NCBI GenBank assembly: GCA_021829645.1
Contig: JAKBPI010000005.1
Location: 338-64,337 of the forward strand
DNA: 64,000 nt
Source: Actinomycetes bacterium
GTDB taxonomy: Bacteria; Actinomycetota; Acidimicrobiia; Acidimicrobiales; Bog-793
Reading direction: 5' to 3'
The position numbers and the translations under genes were made by a program. This document shows, piece by piece, positions 28,656 to 38,142 of this stretch. Within the stretch, counting starts at the first letter, position 1. The number at the start of each line of letters is the position of its first letter. The notes beneath the pieces were generated by a model that was not told where the DNA came from, ran no database searches, and worked only from the letters and a program-made list of their open reading frames with translations.

Positions 28656-31058
28656 TCAGTAGTTGAGGCTGGAGGACACGATGGGAACAGGTATTTTTTG
28701 ATGGGCAGGTGATCCGTAAAAATGAACGCTGCCAAAGTTATAAGTGTTACCAAGTGAAGAAATCAGTACGTAACCCTTACCGTCAATGTCCGCCTGCGCC
28801 GTCACGATGGGAGCCGGAAGTCTGAATTTAGCTTTTGACCCATGGAAGACAGCGTTGCCATAATTGTAGACATTTCCGAGCCTAGAAACCAGCCAGTAAC
28901 CCTGCCCACTACTGTCAGACAAAATAGCCACTATTGTTCTCACCTTTGGGTTGACCGAAAGGTGAGAATAGCCGACTGCGTTGCCAAAGGGATACACACT
29001 ACCAGATGCACTCACCAACCAATAGCCCTGACCGTTGGGAGTAACGGCCATAGAAGTAATGGGGGAAGACAGATTGATATGCGCTGTTGAACCATAAAAC
29101 TGCGCTGTACCGTAGTTGTAAATATTTCCGGCGGAAGTAACCAGATAGTACCCGGCTCCGTTGTTAACACTTTGAAAGGCAACTATAGGATGAGGAAGAC
29201 GTCCTTTGGCGTGTGAGCCGTGGAACTTGGCATCACCATAATTGAAGACATTTCCGAGCTGTGTTACGACATAATAGCCTTTCCCGTCAGCCGTCGACTG
29301 AACTGCCACAACACGCCTGAATCTGGTATTAAACGAAAGATTGGAAAGAGACTTGGCTGTGCCGTAACTATAAATCTTGCCCTGCTTCCCCACTTCAAGA
29401 TACCCGGTCACAGCAGGGTATCTTATAATGAGTTGGTAACTCTGTGAAGGCGTGGTCAAACCGTTGGAAGCGGTAACCAAAACGTTATAAGTACCTTCAG
29501 AACCGCTTGTCGGTATCCCGGAAATCTCCGCCTTACCACCCCCCAAGTTGGAAAACGTCAGCCCTTGGGGTAAGGGGCCGGACTCGCTAAAGGTAGGCGC
29601 CGGAGACCCTGTTGCAGTAATCAGAACGCTGTGAGAACGCCCTGCCACAAACACTCCTCTTGCCACACTTGTAAAACTTGGCTGAATTCCGCCGAAGTAG
29701 AGTTCTACCGCAGAAAGAGCGGAGCCACTTGATGAGGACCCTCCGACTATTAAAACGTACCCGCCTGCTACCAGTACACAACCGGCCCCTGTTTCAGAAG
29801 TCGTCAAAGAACCGGTTGCACTCCACGAAGAAGTCGCTGTGCTATAAATTTCAGCGGCATTGGTCGTAGTAGAAGCTGAAATATCACCCGTAAGGCCGCC
29901 GGCGATAAGGATATTTCCATCCGCCAGCTGTGTCATAGAGGCATTGTCATGACCTATGGACAGTTGTGCTGTGGCGACAAAGCTCGAAGAGGAAGGATTG
30001 TACAAATACGCGTTTGCACTCGCCACCCATACGTTATTCACCACGGTTTCCCCTCCCGCCACAAGCACATTACCGTTAGCCAATCTTGCAGCAGATGCCG
30101 AAGCAACATCGATCGGGAGACTCCCAACCTGTGTCATTGTACCTGGCCCGCTTTGTCCGGATGCCGGAGGCACAAAAACATAGGCGGCGTTGCTAGGAAC
30201 TTCAGAACTCCCCGTACCGGTCTCACCTCCTGCTACAAGCACATCACCGTTACCGAGTAAAGTTGCCGTGGTGTCAGCCAGACCAACACTAAGAGAGGAT
30301 CCGTTAACGAAAGAGTTTGTGCTTGGATCAAAAAGCTCAACAGATGCAGTAGCGGAATAGCTGGTGACTGGCGGAGTCGTAGTGGTGGTAGTTGTAGAAG
30401 AAGTGGTAGTTGTAGGAGAAGTGGTAGTTGTAGAAGAAGTGGTAGTTGTAGAAGAAGTGGTAGTTGTAGAAGAAGTAGTAGTTGTAGAAGAAGTGGTAGT
30501 TGTAGACGTGGATGGAAGCGAACCGGTTTGCCCACCCGCTATCAGAACTTCGCCGTTACCCAGCACGGTAGCGGCAGCATCAAACCTTGGTATGGCCATG
30601 GGAGAGACTGACGTCCAAGACGCCGAAGTAGGATTATAAAGTTCGGCCGAGGCAAGTGCGGACCCAGAAGAAGAAAGGCCTCCGGCTACCAGCACGTCTC
30701 CGTTGTCAAGCAAAGTGGCCGTTGCGTCATATAGGGCAGTCGGCATAGGAGCGGTAGAGACAAAGGTGCCGGTTGTGGGACTATACAGCTCTGCTGTATC
30801 CGTTGCAGACGGCGACGCAACACTTCCCGTATTACCTCCGGCTACCAGCACGTCTCCGTTGTCAAGCAAAGTGGCCGTTGCCCCAATGAGTCCCGTCGAA
30901 AGGGATGACGCGGCAATAAAAGTATTGAGTGACTGGGGGGTTGTCGCGGCAACTGCCGGTGCCAGAAATGGTACCCCGAGCACAATACCTACATAAGACG
31001 CCAGAAGTAAAAGCGGCGCCATGACGTAAAGAAGGCTTTTGGTTTTAACTTTTGACAT
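28656..31058 (-). CDS. secreted Kelch-repeat protein with Thr/Ser linker, Ig-like domain and six-unit aromatic-Gly beta-propeller-like repeat
   Basis: The signal peptide starts at MSKVKTKSLLYVMAPLLLLA (ATG 31058; track start 31199). Repeated LLDNGDVLVAGG / ELY.P Kelch units, a (TTTTSS)n linker, and six GxGYY/W-LV-x-GNVYNYG-A-FHGS units. Confidence 0.8.
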   Translation of the reverse strand: MSKVKTKSLLYVMAPLLLLASYVGIVLGVPFLAPAVAATTPQSLNTFIAASSLSTGLIGATATLLDNGDVLVAGGNTGSVASPSATDTAELYSPTTGTFVSTAPMPTALYDATATLLDNGDVLVAGGLSSSGSALASAELYNPTSASWTSVSPMAIPRFDAAATVLGNGEVLIAGGQTGSLPSTSTTTTSSTTTTSSTTTTSSTTTTSSTTTTSPTTTTSSTTTTTTTPPVTSYSATASVELFDPSTNSFVNGSSLSVGLADTTATLLGNGDVLVAGGETGTGSSEVPSNAAYVFVPPASGQSGPGTMTQVGSLPIDVASASAARLANGNVLVAGGETVVNNVWVASANAYLYNPSSSSFVATAQLSIGHDNASMTQLADGNILIAGGLTGDISASTTTNAAEIYSTATSSWSATGSLTTSETGAGCVLVAGGYVLIVGGSSSSGSALSAVELYFGGIQPSFTSVARGVFVAGRSHSVLITATGSPAPTFSESGPLPQGLTFSNLGGGKAEISGIPTSGSEGTYNVLVTASNGLTTPSQSYQLIIRYPAVTGYLEVGKQGKIYSYGTAKSLSNLSFNTRFRRVVAVQSTADGKGYYVVTQLGNVFNYGDAKFHGSHAKGRLPHPIVAFQSVNNGAGYYLVTSAGNIYNYGTAQFYGSTAHINLSSPITSMAVTPNGQGYWLVSASGSVYPFGNAVGYSHLSVNPKVRTIVAILSDSSGQGYWLVSRLGNVYNYGNAVFHGSKAKFRLPAPIVTAQADIDGKGYVLISSLGNTYNFGSVHFYGSPAHQKIPVPIVSSSLNY
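30391..30506. repeat. 18-bp in-frame tandem repeat (about 6.4 copies) encoding the TTTTSS linker
   Basis: Unit GTTGTAGAAGAAGTGGTA is repeated head to tail with 2 variant copies. Confidence 0.9.
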
Positions 31059-31495
31059 GACCGCTTTACACACAGATCGAAACCTACAAAAAGGACTTCT
31101 GATAGCCGCTTTCGCATCTGCCAAATTATTGTGATATACGCCGTACTGCTTTTGTCCACTATATTTATCTCGTGGTAATAATCCCCAAAATTTCATCATA
31201 ACCTCCGTCTTGATTCTCTCATTGACAATATGCTTATTTATGTACTATTATATTGATCATAGATTAGTAATAAATAATCAACAAAATAATCATAATTTTG
31301 CATGTCAAAGATAAATACTGCTATAAAAGATAGTCTTACTATTGCTAACTTGCAAATCACCTTTGTACTATTTAATACAAATACATAACTCTATTTATAT
31401 TTTGGTATTATTCCGGTAAGCATAGCTTGTACCAAGTGCGCATGCAAACCTGTCAAATGTGACAAATTCTGCCTTAAGTACAATAGAATGGGGGC

Positions 31496-33031
31496 ATGAG
31501 ATCCAAGAAAATCTTTTCAAACAGTCCGGGTGGAATGGTCAAACATACCGGACACACCTCTTCTAATGTGGGAGCTAAGCATTTAGGGCTCGCTTTAGCT
31601 GTAGTTATGACAGGAGTGCTTATTACCGCTGTCGATACAACCATTGTGATTTTGGCGCTTCCGGAAATAGAGAAAAATCTCCATGTAGCCATAGCATCTG
31701 TTATTTGGGTTGTCATCGGATATCTACTTATCATCACTTTGCTGGCTACTCAGGTAGGAAAATTCGGAGACATGTACGGTCGGGTCAAAATGTACGAAAT
31801 GGGCTTTATTATCTTCGTAATAGGATCAGCTCTATGCGCCATATCTTGGAATGAAAGTTCGATTATCGTCTTCAGAATTCTTCAGGGTCTCGGAGCTGCC
31901 CTTGTCACGGCCAACAGCGGAGCCGTCATAGCGGATTTATTTCCTCCAGAAAAAAGAGGTCGCGCTTACGGCTTTAATGCAGTAGGTTGGTCACTCGGAG
32001 CAGTACTCGGGATCGTGCTTGGCGGCGTCATAGTTACTTACTTCAACTGGCGCTGGGTATTCGGTATCAATATACCCATAGGTATTTTTGCCGTAGTTCT
32101 GGCGTTTCGAGTCCTCCACGACAACGCTCAGCGCGTAGCACACAAAATTGACTTCTTCGGTATGATCACTCTCGGTCTTGGCCTCTTTGGCATTTTGTGG
32201 GCAGCAACCCAGCTGACAAGCAGAGCTTTGGATGCTTCCGTTTTGGGTTATTTTATCGGTGGTATCGTCATGATAGCGATTTTTGCCTTGATAGAAAAAA
32301 ATCAAAAAGAGCCCATGCTTCAACTATCGCTTTTTAAAATCCCTACGATGACCCCCTCACTCTTAGCGTCGCTTTTCCAGGGACTAGGCAATTACGCCGT
32401 ATTGTTCTTGGTGATCATGTACTTGCAGGGGGCCAGAGGCCTCTCGCCAATACACGCTTCGCTGCTGTTGGTGCCTGGCTATATATTCGGAGGTTTCGTA
32501 GCCCCCGTAATAGGTAGAATTGTGGATAAAATAGGCCCGGTTTTACCGGCTACCGTAGGGCTGGGTATCCAGGTCATCGCACTACTTATATATGCTCATC
32601 TGACCGATACCACGACATTATGGCTGGTAGTTCTGGCAAGCGTGATCAATGGCATAGGAGGAAGTAGTTTTTTCCCAGCCAACACGACAGCAGTAATGAA
32701 AGCTTCACCTAAAGAACTGTTCGGTATAACTTCAGGAGCACTTAGGACGTTTGCCAACGTGGGAATGGTGTTTTCATTTTCCTTGGCTATTTTAGTGGCC
32801 TCCAAATCTATATCCAGAGGGCTTGCATTTGCCATATTTGTGGGTTCCACAAATCTGCATGCCAAAACGGCAGAGGCCTTTACAAACGGCTTACATTCGG
32901 CTTTTTATGTCTCCATGGGTCTTTTAGTAGTGGCGGCTATTCTGTCAGCAACCAGAGTACTCGATGGGCGCCGCCACAAACCACTGCCATTATCCACAGA
33001 AACCGTAAGCGAACCTGCAGTTCACAGCTAG
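31496..33031 (+). CDS. MFS transporter, DHA2 (14-TM) family
   Basis: 511 aa with DTTIVILALP and GKFGDMYGR motifs. It is a paralog-like of 24628..26157. Confidence 0.9.
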   Translation: MRSKKIFSNSPGGMVKHTGHTSSNVGAKHLGLALAVVMTGVLITAVDTTIVILALPEIEKNLHVAIASVIWVVIGYLLIITLLATQVGKFGDMYGRVKMYEMGFIIFVIGSALCAISWNESSIIVFRILQGLGAALVTANSGAVIADLFPPEKRGRAYGFNAVGWSLGAVLGIVLGGVIVTYFNWRWVFGINIPIGIFAVVLAFRVLHDNAQRVAHKIDFFGMITLGLGLFGILWAATQLTSRALDASVLGYFIGGIVMIAIFALIEKNQKEPMLQLSLFKIPTMTPSLLASLFQGLGNYAVLFLVIMYLQGARGLSPIHASLLLVPGYIFGGFVAPVIGRIVDKIGPVLPATVGLGIQVIALLIYAHLTDTTTLWLVVLASVINGIGGSSFFPANTTAVMKASPKELFGITSGALRTFANVGMVFSFSLAILVASKSISRGLAFAIFVGSTNLHAKTAEAFTNGLHSAFYVSMGLLVVAAILSATRVLDGRRHKPLPLSTETVSEPAVHS

Positions 33032-33159
33032 CTCTATTCCCGGCGTAATCCGGTGCGACCAATTGTTATCTGTCTGTAAAAACACGACCCTTGCGGTCTG
33101 TTCGCAAATCAGTCGGGTTATATTGGAGTAAAGCAACAAGTTGATCTCGGGGGAGTCAA

Positions 33160-33891
33160 GTGAAGAAAACTTTTATAAAACTTGCACCGGTAGCTGTTAT
33201 ATTGCCGTCGATTCTTGCCATAAGTATCCCTGCTTTCGCCGCAGCTTCTACCAAACGCCCCTCTGCCGCGAAGATGCTGGGGATAGCCATCCAATCCGGG
33301 AGCAAAATGAACTCAGTTCATTATGAAAGTTACGATCACCTTGGACAGGTAACCATCTCGGAAAACGGCTACGTGGGACGCAGTAAAGGATACATCTTAT
33401 CCGACTACAAAGACGGCAAGTCAACGGGGTCATCTGAAGAAATTTTTCTCAGCGGAAAGCTTTTCTTGAAAGCCAACTCTTACACCTTAGTCAATTTTTT
33501 TGGCTTCAAGAAAAAGGGGGCCGGTAAATATGGCAATAAATGGATATCAATACCAAAATCAGACGTTACTTATGTAAATCTAACGGCATCTCTGACAATC
33601 GCCGGACAAATGCAGCAAATTAAGATTCCCGGTAAAATCACATATCTGAAAAACTCCAGGTTAAATGGCAGAGCAGTGACTGGGATAGTAGGCCATCCGA
33701 CATCCGTGGGCGGACTTAAAGAAACGGAAACTCTGTACATAAACCCTTCAGGAAATCATCTGCCCATCAAAGCCACTTTATCGCAAGGAAAAAATGCCGA
33801 GGCTTATGTGTCTTTTATCAAATGGAACCCCTTTGTCGATGTCAACCTACCAAAAAACTCGACTCCGATTTCCAAAACAGGACTGGAATAA
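33160..33891 (+). CDS. secreted hypothetical protein
   Basis: 243 aa with a GTG start and signal peptide MKKTFIKLAPVAVILPSILAISIPAFAAAS. No family recognised. Confidence 0.6.
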   Translation: MKKTFIKLAPVAVILPSILAISIPAFAAASTKRPSAAKMLGIAIQSGSKMNSVHYESYDHLGQVTISENGYVGRSKGYILSDYKDGKSTGSSEEIFLSGKLFLKANSYTLVNFFGFKKKGAGKYGNKWISIPKSDVTYVNLTASLTIAGQMQQIKIPGKITYLKNSRLNGRAVTGIVGHPTSVGGLKETETLYINPSGNHLPIKATLSQGKNAEAYVSFIKWNPFVDVNLPKNSTPISKTGLE

Positions 33892-33930
33892 CAATTCCTC
33901 AAGCCGCTACCCAAAATAAGTAGCGACAAT

Positions 33931-34848
33931 TTATGACAAAGAAAATACTTTTGTCGCGTTAATCATTACTTGCTCGGAAAAGTCATGGCTGTCTACGCCC
34001 TTGAGAGTAGCGACGTATTCTCCGACTAGGCTTACGAATGCCGGCTGATTCTTCTTTCCTCTGTGTGGAACCGGTGCCAAATAAGGAGAATCCGTTTCAA
34101 TGAGAATCCTGTCTAAGGGGCAAAATTTTGCCGCCTCTTGAATAGCAAGTGCATTCTTAAAAGTGACTATTCCGCTAAAAGAAATATAAGCACCCATATC
34201 GAGTGCCTTTCGTGCCTGTTCGACTCCCCCCGTAAAACAATGGATAATCGTGTTGACTGGCATTTTGTGTTCTTTGAGAATTGCGAAAGTATCTTCCCAA
34301 GCGTCACGGGTATGGATGACCAGAGCGAGGGCCAGATCGTTAGCAATATCGATTTGACGAGCAAAAACTTCTTTTTGATCTTCGACAGAAGAATTGTTAT
34401 AGTAATAGTCAAGCCCACACTCTCCTATTGCGACCACGCTTCCCGGCAACCCATTTTTCTCTTTTGCAGCTCCGCTGAGCAGATCATAAAGTGGATCTAT
34501 GCCGTTCTTCGCGTCATGCGGGTGCACCCCGAGTGCCGCCCAGACATCCGGTAAATCGAGTTCCTTAGCAACGGCTCCATCCCCACTTGAATAATAGGCT
34601 TCATCAGTGGTATTGAAATGCCTGTTTAAGAACTCCTTTATAGACAGACCGTCTTTTTTAGCGGCACTGATTTCACGCGTAAGATTTAAAACTTGCAGCG
34701 AAGTACCTATATCAGTTCCGACGTTAATCAGTCGTGAGACGCCAGCTAATGCGGTACCGATCAAAACGTCGCCCAGTTCTATGGAATTTTCCAAATGACA
34801 ATGGGTGTCTACCCAAGATATGTTGCTTTCCCTCACTGTACCTTCCAT
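33931..34848 (-). CDS. TatD-family metal-dependent hydrolase/DNase
   Basis: Motifs DTHCHL, GECGLDYY, VIHTRDA and ETDSPYL. Confidence 0.9.
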   Translation of the reverse strand: MEGTVRESNISWVDTHCHLENSIELGDVLIGTALAGVSRLINVGTDIGTSLQVLNLTREISAAKKDGLSIKEFLNRHFNTTDEAYYSSGDGAVAKELDLPDVWAALGVHPHDAKNGIDPLYDLLSGAAKEKNGLPGSVVAIGECGLDYYYNNSSVEDQKEVFARQIDIANDLALALVIHTRDAWEDTFAILKEHKMPVNTIIHCFTGGVEQARKALDMGAYISFSGIVTFKNALAIQEAAKFCPLDRILIETDSPYLAPVPHRGKKNQPAFVSLVGEYVATLKGVDSHDFSEQVMINATKVFSLS

Positions 34849-34972
34849 AAAATATAATTAAAAACAAATTTTATCTATTTTCTCATACAGTTCTAATTAT
34901 TTGCTGGCAGGAAGATCATTATTATCAAATAGGAAATATCGGAGTCTTATGGAATTTCCGACACAGTCTGAA

Positions 34973-36532
34973 TTATTTACGACGAGGGAAAAGTGGTTCA
35001 CCGGCAATTATTGTATTTCCCGCAAGGCCGTATGCCTCCGGTTGGTAGATAGCTTCTCCGCCGTTCCCAAAAACAGCATTTATGGCTTTTACATCGGAAA
35101 GCGAGGTTTCTACACCGGTATCCATGCCGATCCTACGCCATATCTCCTGAGCTGTATCCGGGATAGCAGGATAGGCAAGCACGGCAACTATTTGCAAGAC
35201 TTCCAATGCATCGGATAAGATATGAGACAACTTATCACCTGGTTGCATTTTCCATGGCTCATTGGTCTCCAAAAAAGCGTTTGCCTCCCGAATAAGATTC
35301 CAGGTTATCAAAAGAGCCTGGTCAGGGGAAAAATTATTCCATGCTACAACGGCTTCCTTGGCCATCGTGACAACCGATTGTTTCATGGCACAACCTTGGT
35401 CACAAATACTCTCAGCGGGAATTGTGCCGCTATATTTGCTGGCAACCAGAGTGGATACTCGCGATAAAAGATTCCCCAAGTTATTCGCTAGATCCGAGTT
35501 ATACCTCGCCGTCAGACCCTCTTCTGAAAAATCGGCATCTGCGCCCAATGTGATCTCACGCAAAAAGTGATAGCGCAGAGCTTCAACACCCACACGCTCG
35601 GCATAGGAAGCCGCCTCAATTTGATTTAGACGTGATTTTGACATTTTTTCCCCCGAGACTAACAACCAACCGTGCGCCAGTATATGACCTGGGGGCTCCA
35701 AACCGGCGGCCATACAAAGGGCCGGCCACCATATGCAGTGGAATTTGATGATGTCTTTCCCTACGACGTGATGCACATTTGGCCACCAGACACTCACCTT
35801 GTCTTCTTCGGTCGCATACCCGATAGCTGTCAAATAATTGACCAAAGCATCGCACCAAACATAAAAAACATGCTTTTCATCCCAAGGGACTTTTACCCCC
35901 CAATCGATGGAGGTCCTAGTAATAGAAATATCCATAAGACCCTGGCGCAATTGAGAGACAATTTCGTTATATCTGGACAGCGGAGCAATGCTGTCAGGGT
36001 TATCGGCATAGAGTTTTAATAACTTTTCTTCAAATTTGGACAAAGCAAAAAAATAGTTTTCCTCAACCATCCATTCGGCTGGTTTTTTGTGTTGAGGGCA
36101 CACCCGACCTTCGCCTAACTCGTCTTCAAGATAGTAGGCCTCACAAGCTACGCAATACCAGCCCTCGTAATTGGCCTTGTAAATATAGCCGCTATCGTAT
36201 ACGGCTTGCATAAAGCGGCGTACCGATTCATGGTGTCTTGCTTCGGTGGTGCGAATAAAGGCATCATTTGATATATTCAATACGCTCCAAGCGTCGGCAA
36301 ACCAGCGACTTGCTTCATCCACCCAAGCTTGAGGAGACAATGACTTTTCTGCCGCAGCGGTAGCAATTTTTTGCCCGTGTTCATCCGTACCTGTCAAAAA
36401 AAAGACTTCGTCGCCAATAATTCTGTGCCAACGTGCGAAAGCGTCTGCTATGACCATAGTGTAAGCGGTACCGAGATGGGGCTTATCATTGACGTAATAG
36501 ATAGGCGTAGTTATATAAAAATGATTACTCAC
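34973..36532 (-). CDS. metG: methionine--tRNA ligase
   Basis: Class I motif YITTPIYYVNDKPHLGTAY and KMSKS. I prefer GTG 36532 (V36 of the track ORF), which gives M-SNHFYITTPIYY and removes the 92-nt overlap with rsmI. The track start is 36637. Confidence 0.94.
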   Translation of the reverse strand: MSNHFYITTPIYYVNDKPHLGTAYTMVIADAFARWHRIIGDEVFFLTGTDEHGQKIATAAAEKSLSPQAWVDEASRWFADAWSVLNISNDAFIRTTEARHHESVRRFMQAVYDSGYIYKANYEGWYCVACEAYYLEDELGEGRVCPQHKKPAEWMVEENYFFALSKFEEKLLKLYADNPDSIAPLSRYNEIVSQLRQGLMDISITRTSIDWGVKVPWDEKHVFYVWCDALVNYLTAIGYATEEDKVSVWWPNVHHVVGKDIIKFHCIWWPALCMAAGLEPPGHILAHGWLLVSGEKMSKSRLNQIEAASYAERVGVEALRYHFLREITLGADADFSEEGLTARYNSDLANNLGNLLSRVSTLVASKYSGTIPAESICDQGCAMKQSVVTMAKEAVVAWNNFSPDQALLITWNLIREANAFLETNEPWKMQPGDKLSHILSDALEVLQIVAVLAYPAIPDTAQEIWRRIGMDTGVETSLSDVKAINAVFGNGGEAIYQPEAYGLAGNTIIAGEPLFPRRK

Positions 36533-36545
36533 TATGGCGAGTGTA

Positions 36546-37430
36546 TTACCTGAAAGAGGACTTTTCGTCGGAATTTCCAAATTCAATTCCTTTCCAAATC
36601 TCAAGGCATAGTTCATACAGATCCCGATGTTTGACATCAGTCAGGATGCTTACCGCATGCATGGCATCTTGCCGACTATAACCACTGGTAAAAAGTTTAT
36701 GCAGCATATAGAAAGCTTGCTGCTTATCGTCGCCTCGAGCATTTTCCGACTGACATTTGTCTACAATTAGAACGAACTCGCCTTTGATGCCAGCTTTACC
36801 TGCAAGATAGGCCTTGGCTTCGCCAAGGCATCCTCTCCAAGTCTCTTCATAGACTTTCGTCAGTTCCCTGGCTATCACCACTTTTCGCTCTGGCTCCAAA
36901 TACGACGAGAGGTCGATAAGGGTCTGCTCTACTCTCTTGGGAGACTCAAAAAACAGCGATACGCCTGTCGCAAATTTAAGTTTTCTCATTTGAGCAATTC
37001 GATCCGGTCCTTTTCTGTAAAAAAAACCCTCGAAACTCCATCTTTCCAAATTGAAACCGCTCACCACTAAAGCTGCCAAAATTGCTGAAGCACCAGGTAT
37101 TGCCTGTATATCAATGCCGGCATCTATGGCAGAGATCACTAGCTTTTCGCCTGGATCGGAAATAAGCGGTGTGCCAGCGTCTGAAATAAGTGCTACGTTC
37201 GTGCCTGACAGCATAGCCTTGATAATTTTTTCGCTTTGCGATGCTTCATTCATTTTGTGAAGCGGCAGAAGTGCCTTGGGAGTAATACCCAAATTTTTCA
37301 GCAGCATACCTGAACGTCTAGTGTCTTCGCAACATATGAGTCCACAGACCCCGAGTATCTCTATGGCTCTTTGTGAGATGTCTTTTAAATTTCCTATAGG
37401 TGTTGCCACTATATACAAAGTGCCGTTCAC
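36546..37430 (-). CDS. rsmI: 16S rRNA (cytidine1402-2'-O)-methyltransferase
   Basis: Motifs LYIVATPIGNLKDIS, CEDTRRSG and ISDAGTPLISDPG. Confidence 0.92.
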   Translation of the reverse strand: MNGTLYIVATPIGNLKDISQRAIEILGVCGLICCEDTRRSGMLLKNLGITPKALLPLHKMNEASQSEKIIKAMLSGTNVALISDAGTPLISDPGEKLVISAIDAGIDIQAIPGASAILAALVVSGFNLERWSFEGFFYRKGPDRIAQMRKLKFATGVSLFFESPKRVEQTLIDLSSYLEPERKVVIARELTKVYEETWRGCLGEAKAYLAGKAGIKGEFVLIVDKCQSENARGDDKQQAFYMLHKLFTSGYSRQDAMHAVSILTDVKHRDLYELCLEIWKGIEFGNSDEKSSFR

Positions 37431-37534
37431 TTCACCATGTTACAGCATCCGGATATCCGGCCCGGCATACATGGAATCCTCCGAAATAAAACTGTCGAAA
37501 ATGAGTTTTACATCAGTCTCTGCCTGATGTATTA

Positions 37535-37879
37535 TCAGTCGCCTGCAATTTTCAGCAAGTCTCCCCTGTCAATACGATAATTAGCCAAAGTTTTTGTAGA
37601 TGCCAACAAAATATATTTGGTATTTTTTGGGATAAACAAAATCCTATTTTTCCCTAACATCACATTCTTTAGCACCAAAAAATCTTTATCCAGCAGGACA
37701 ACATCCACCGCATCGGAAGCCATAAAATTATGGACAAAGAAGCTATCTTTGATCAGTAATACGCCTTTTACGTCTCTTAGTTTCTTATGACAACTTCGCA
37801 ACAATTTTGGCTTGACACTACGGTAGGATTCCACACTGGCAACAACTTGTCCTTCATACAAAAGCCAAGCCACAGTCAA
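37535..37879 (-). CDS. DUF192-like protein
   Basis: 114 aa with the pattern VHNFMASDAVDVVLLDKDFLVL ... ILLAS...IDRGDLLKI, which resembles actinobacterial DUF192. Confidence 0.5.
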   Translation of the reverse strand: MTVAWLLYEGQVVASVESYRSVKPKLLRSCHKKLRDVKGVLLIKDSFFVHNFMASDAVDVVLLDKDFLVLKNVMLGKNRILFIPKNTKYILLASTKTLANYRIDRGDLLKIAGD

Positions 37880-38030
37880 CCTCCAACGTAACTGCTTACT
37901 TTGTTTGCATAGTTATTTAAACTCTATCACTCTAAAATACAGTTAGTCGTCCTCAAAAGACATCTGACAGAGGGTCAAATATCCCAAAGTGAGGATCTGA
38001 CGAGAAATTTTCTAGTACTATCTTATAACT

Positions 38031-38114
38031 ATGTCTAAAAGAACCAACAAAAGAAAACTAAGAAAAAAGAAGAACGCCAACCACGGCAAAAAACCCAACT
38101 GCGGAAGGGGCTAA
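38031..38114 (+). CDS. 27-aa Lys/Arg-rich small protein resembling ribosomal protein bL37
   Basis: My own translation gives MSKRTNKRKLRKKKNANHGKKPNCGRG*. The (K/R)-rich head plus ANHGK(K/R)PN core matches my recollection of actinobacterial bL37. It is below the ORF-track size cut-off. Confidence 0.65.
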   Translation: MSKRTNKRKLRKKKNANHGKKPNCGRG

Positions 38115-38142
38115 ATCACGGTAAGCAGTAGCTGTATCTCTG

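Noticed and set aside
30391-30506. Short regular repeats that might suggest a CRISPR array (also at 59826..59912 and 63442..64000).
   Set aside because: The units are contiguous with no spacers, have periods of 18, 21 and 261 bp (all multiples of 3), and lie in frame inside long ORFs. No cas genes are present.
30364-30639. A + strand ORF encoding (VVVVEE)n, and the similar ORFs 59747..60065 and 30233..30535.
   Set aside because: These are antisense or off-frame readings of the Thr/Ser-linker tandem repeats in genes whose flanking domains fix the true frame.
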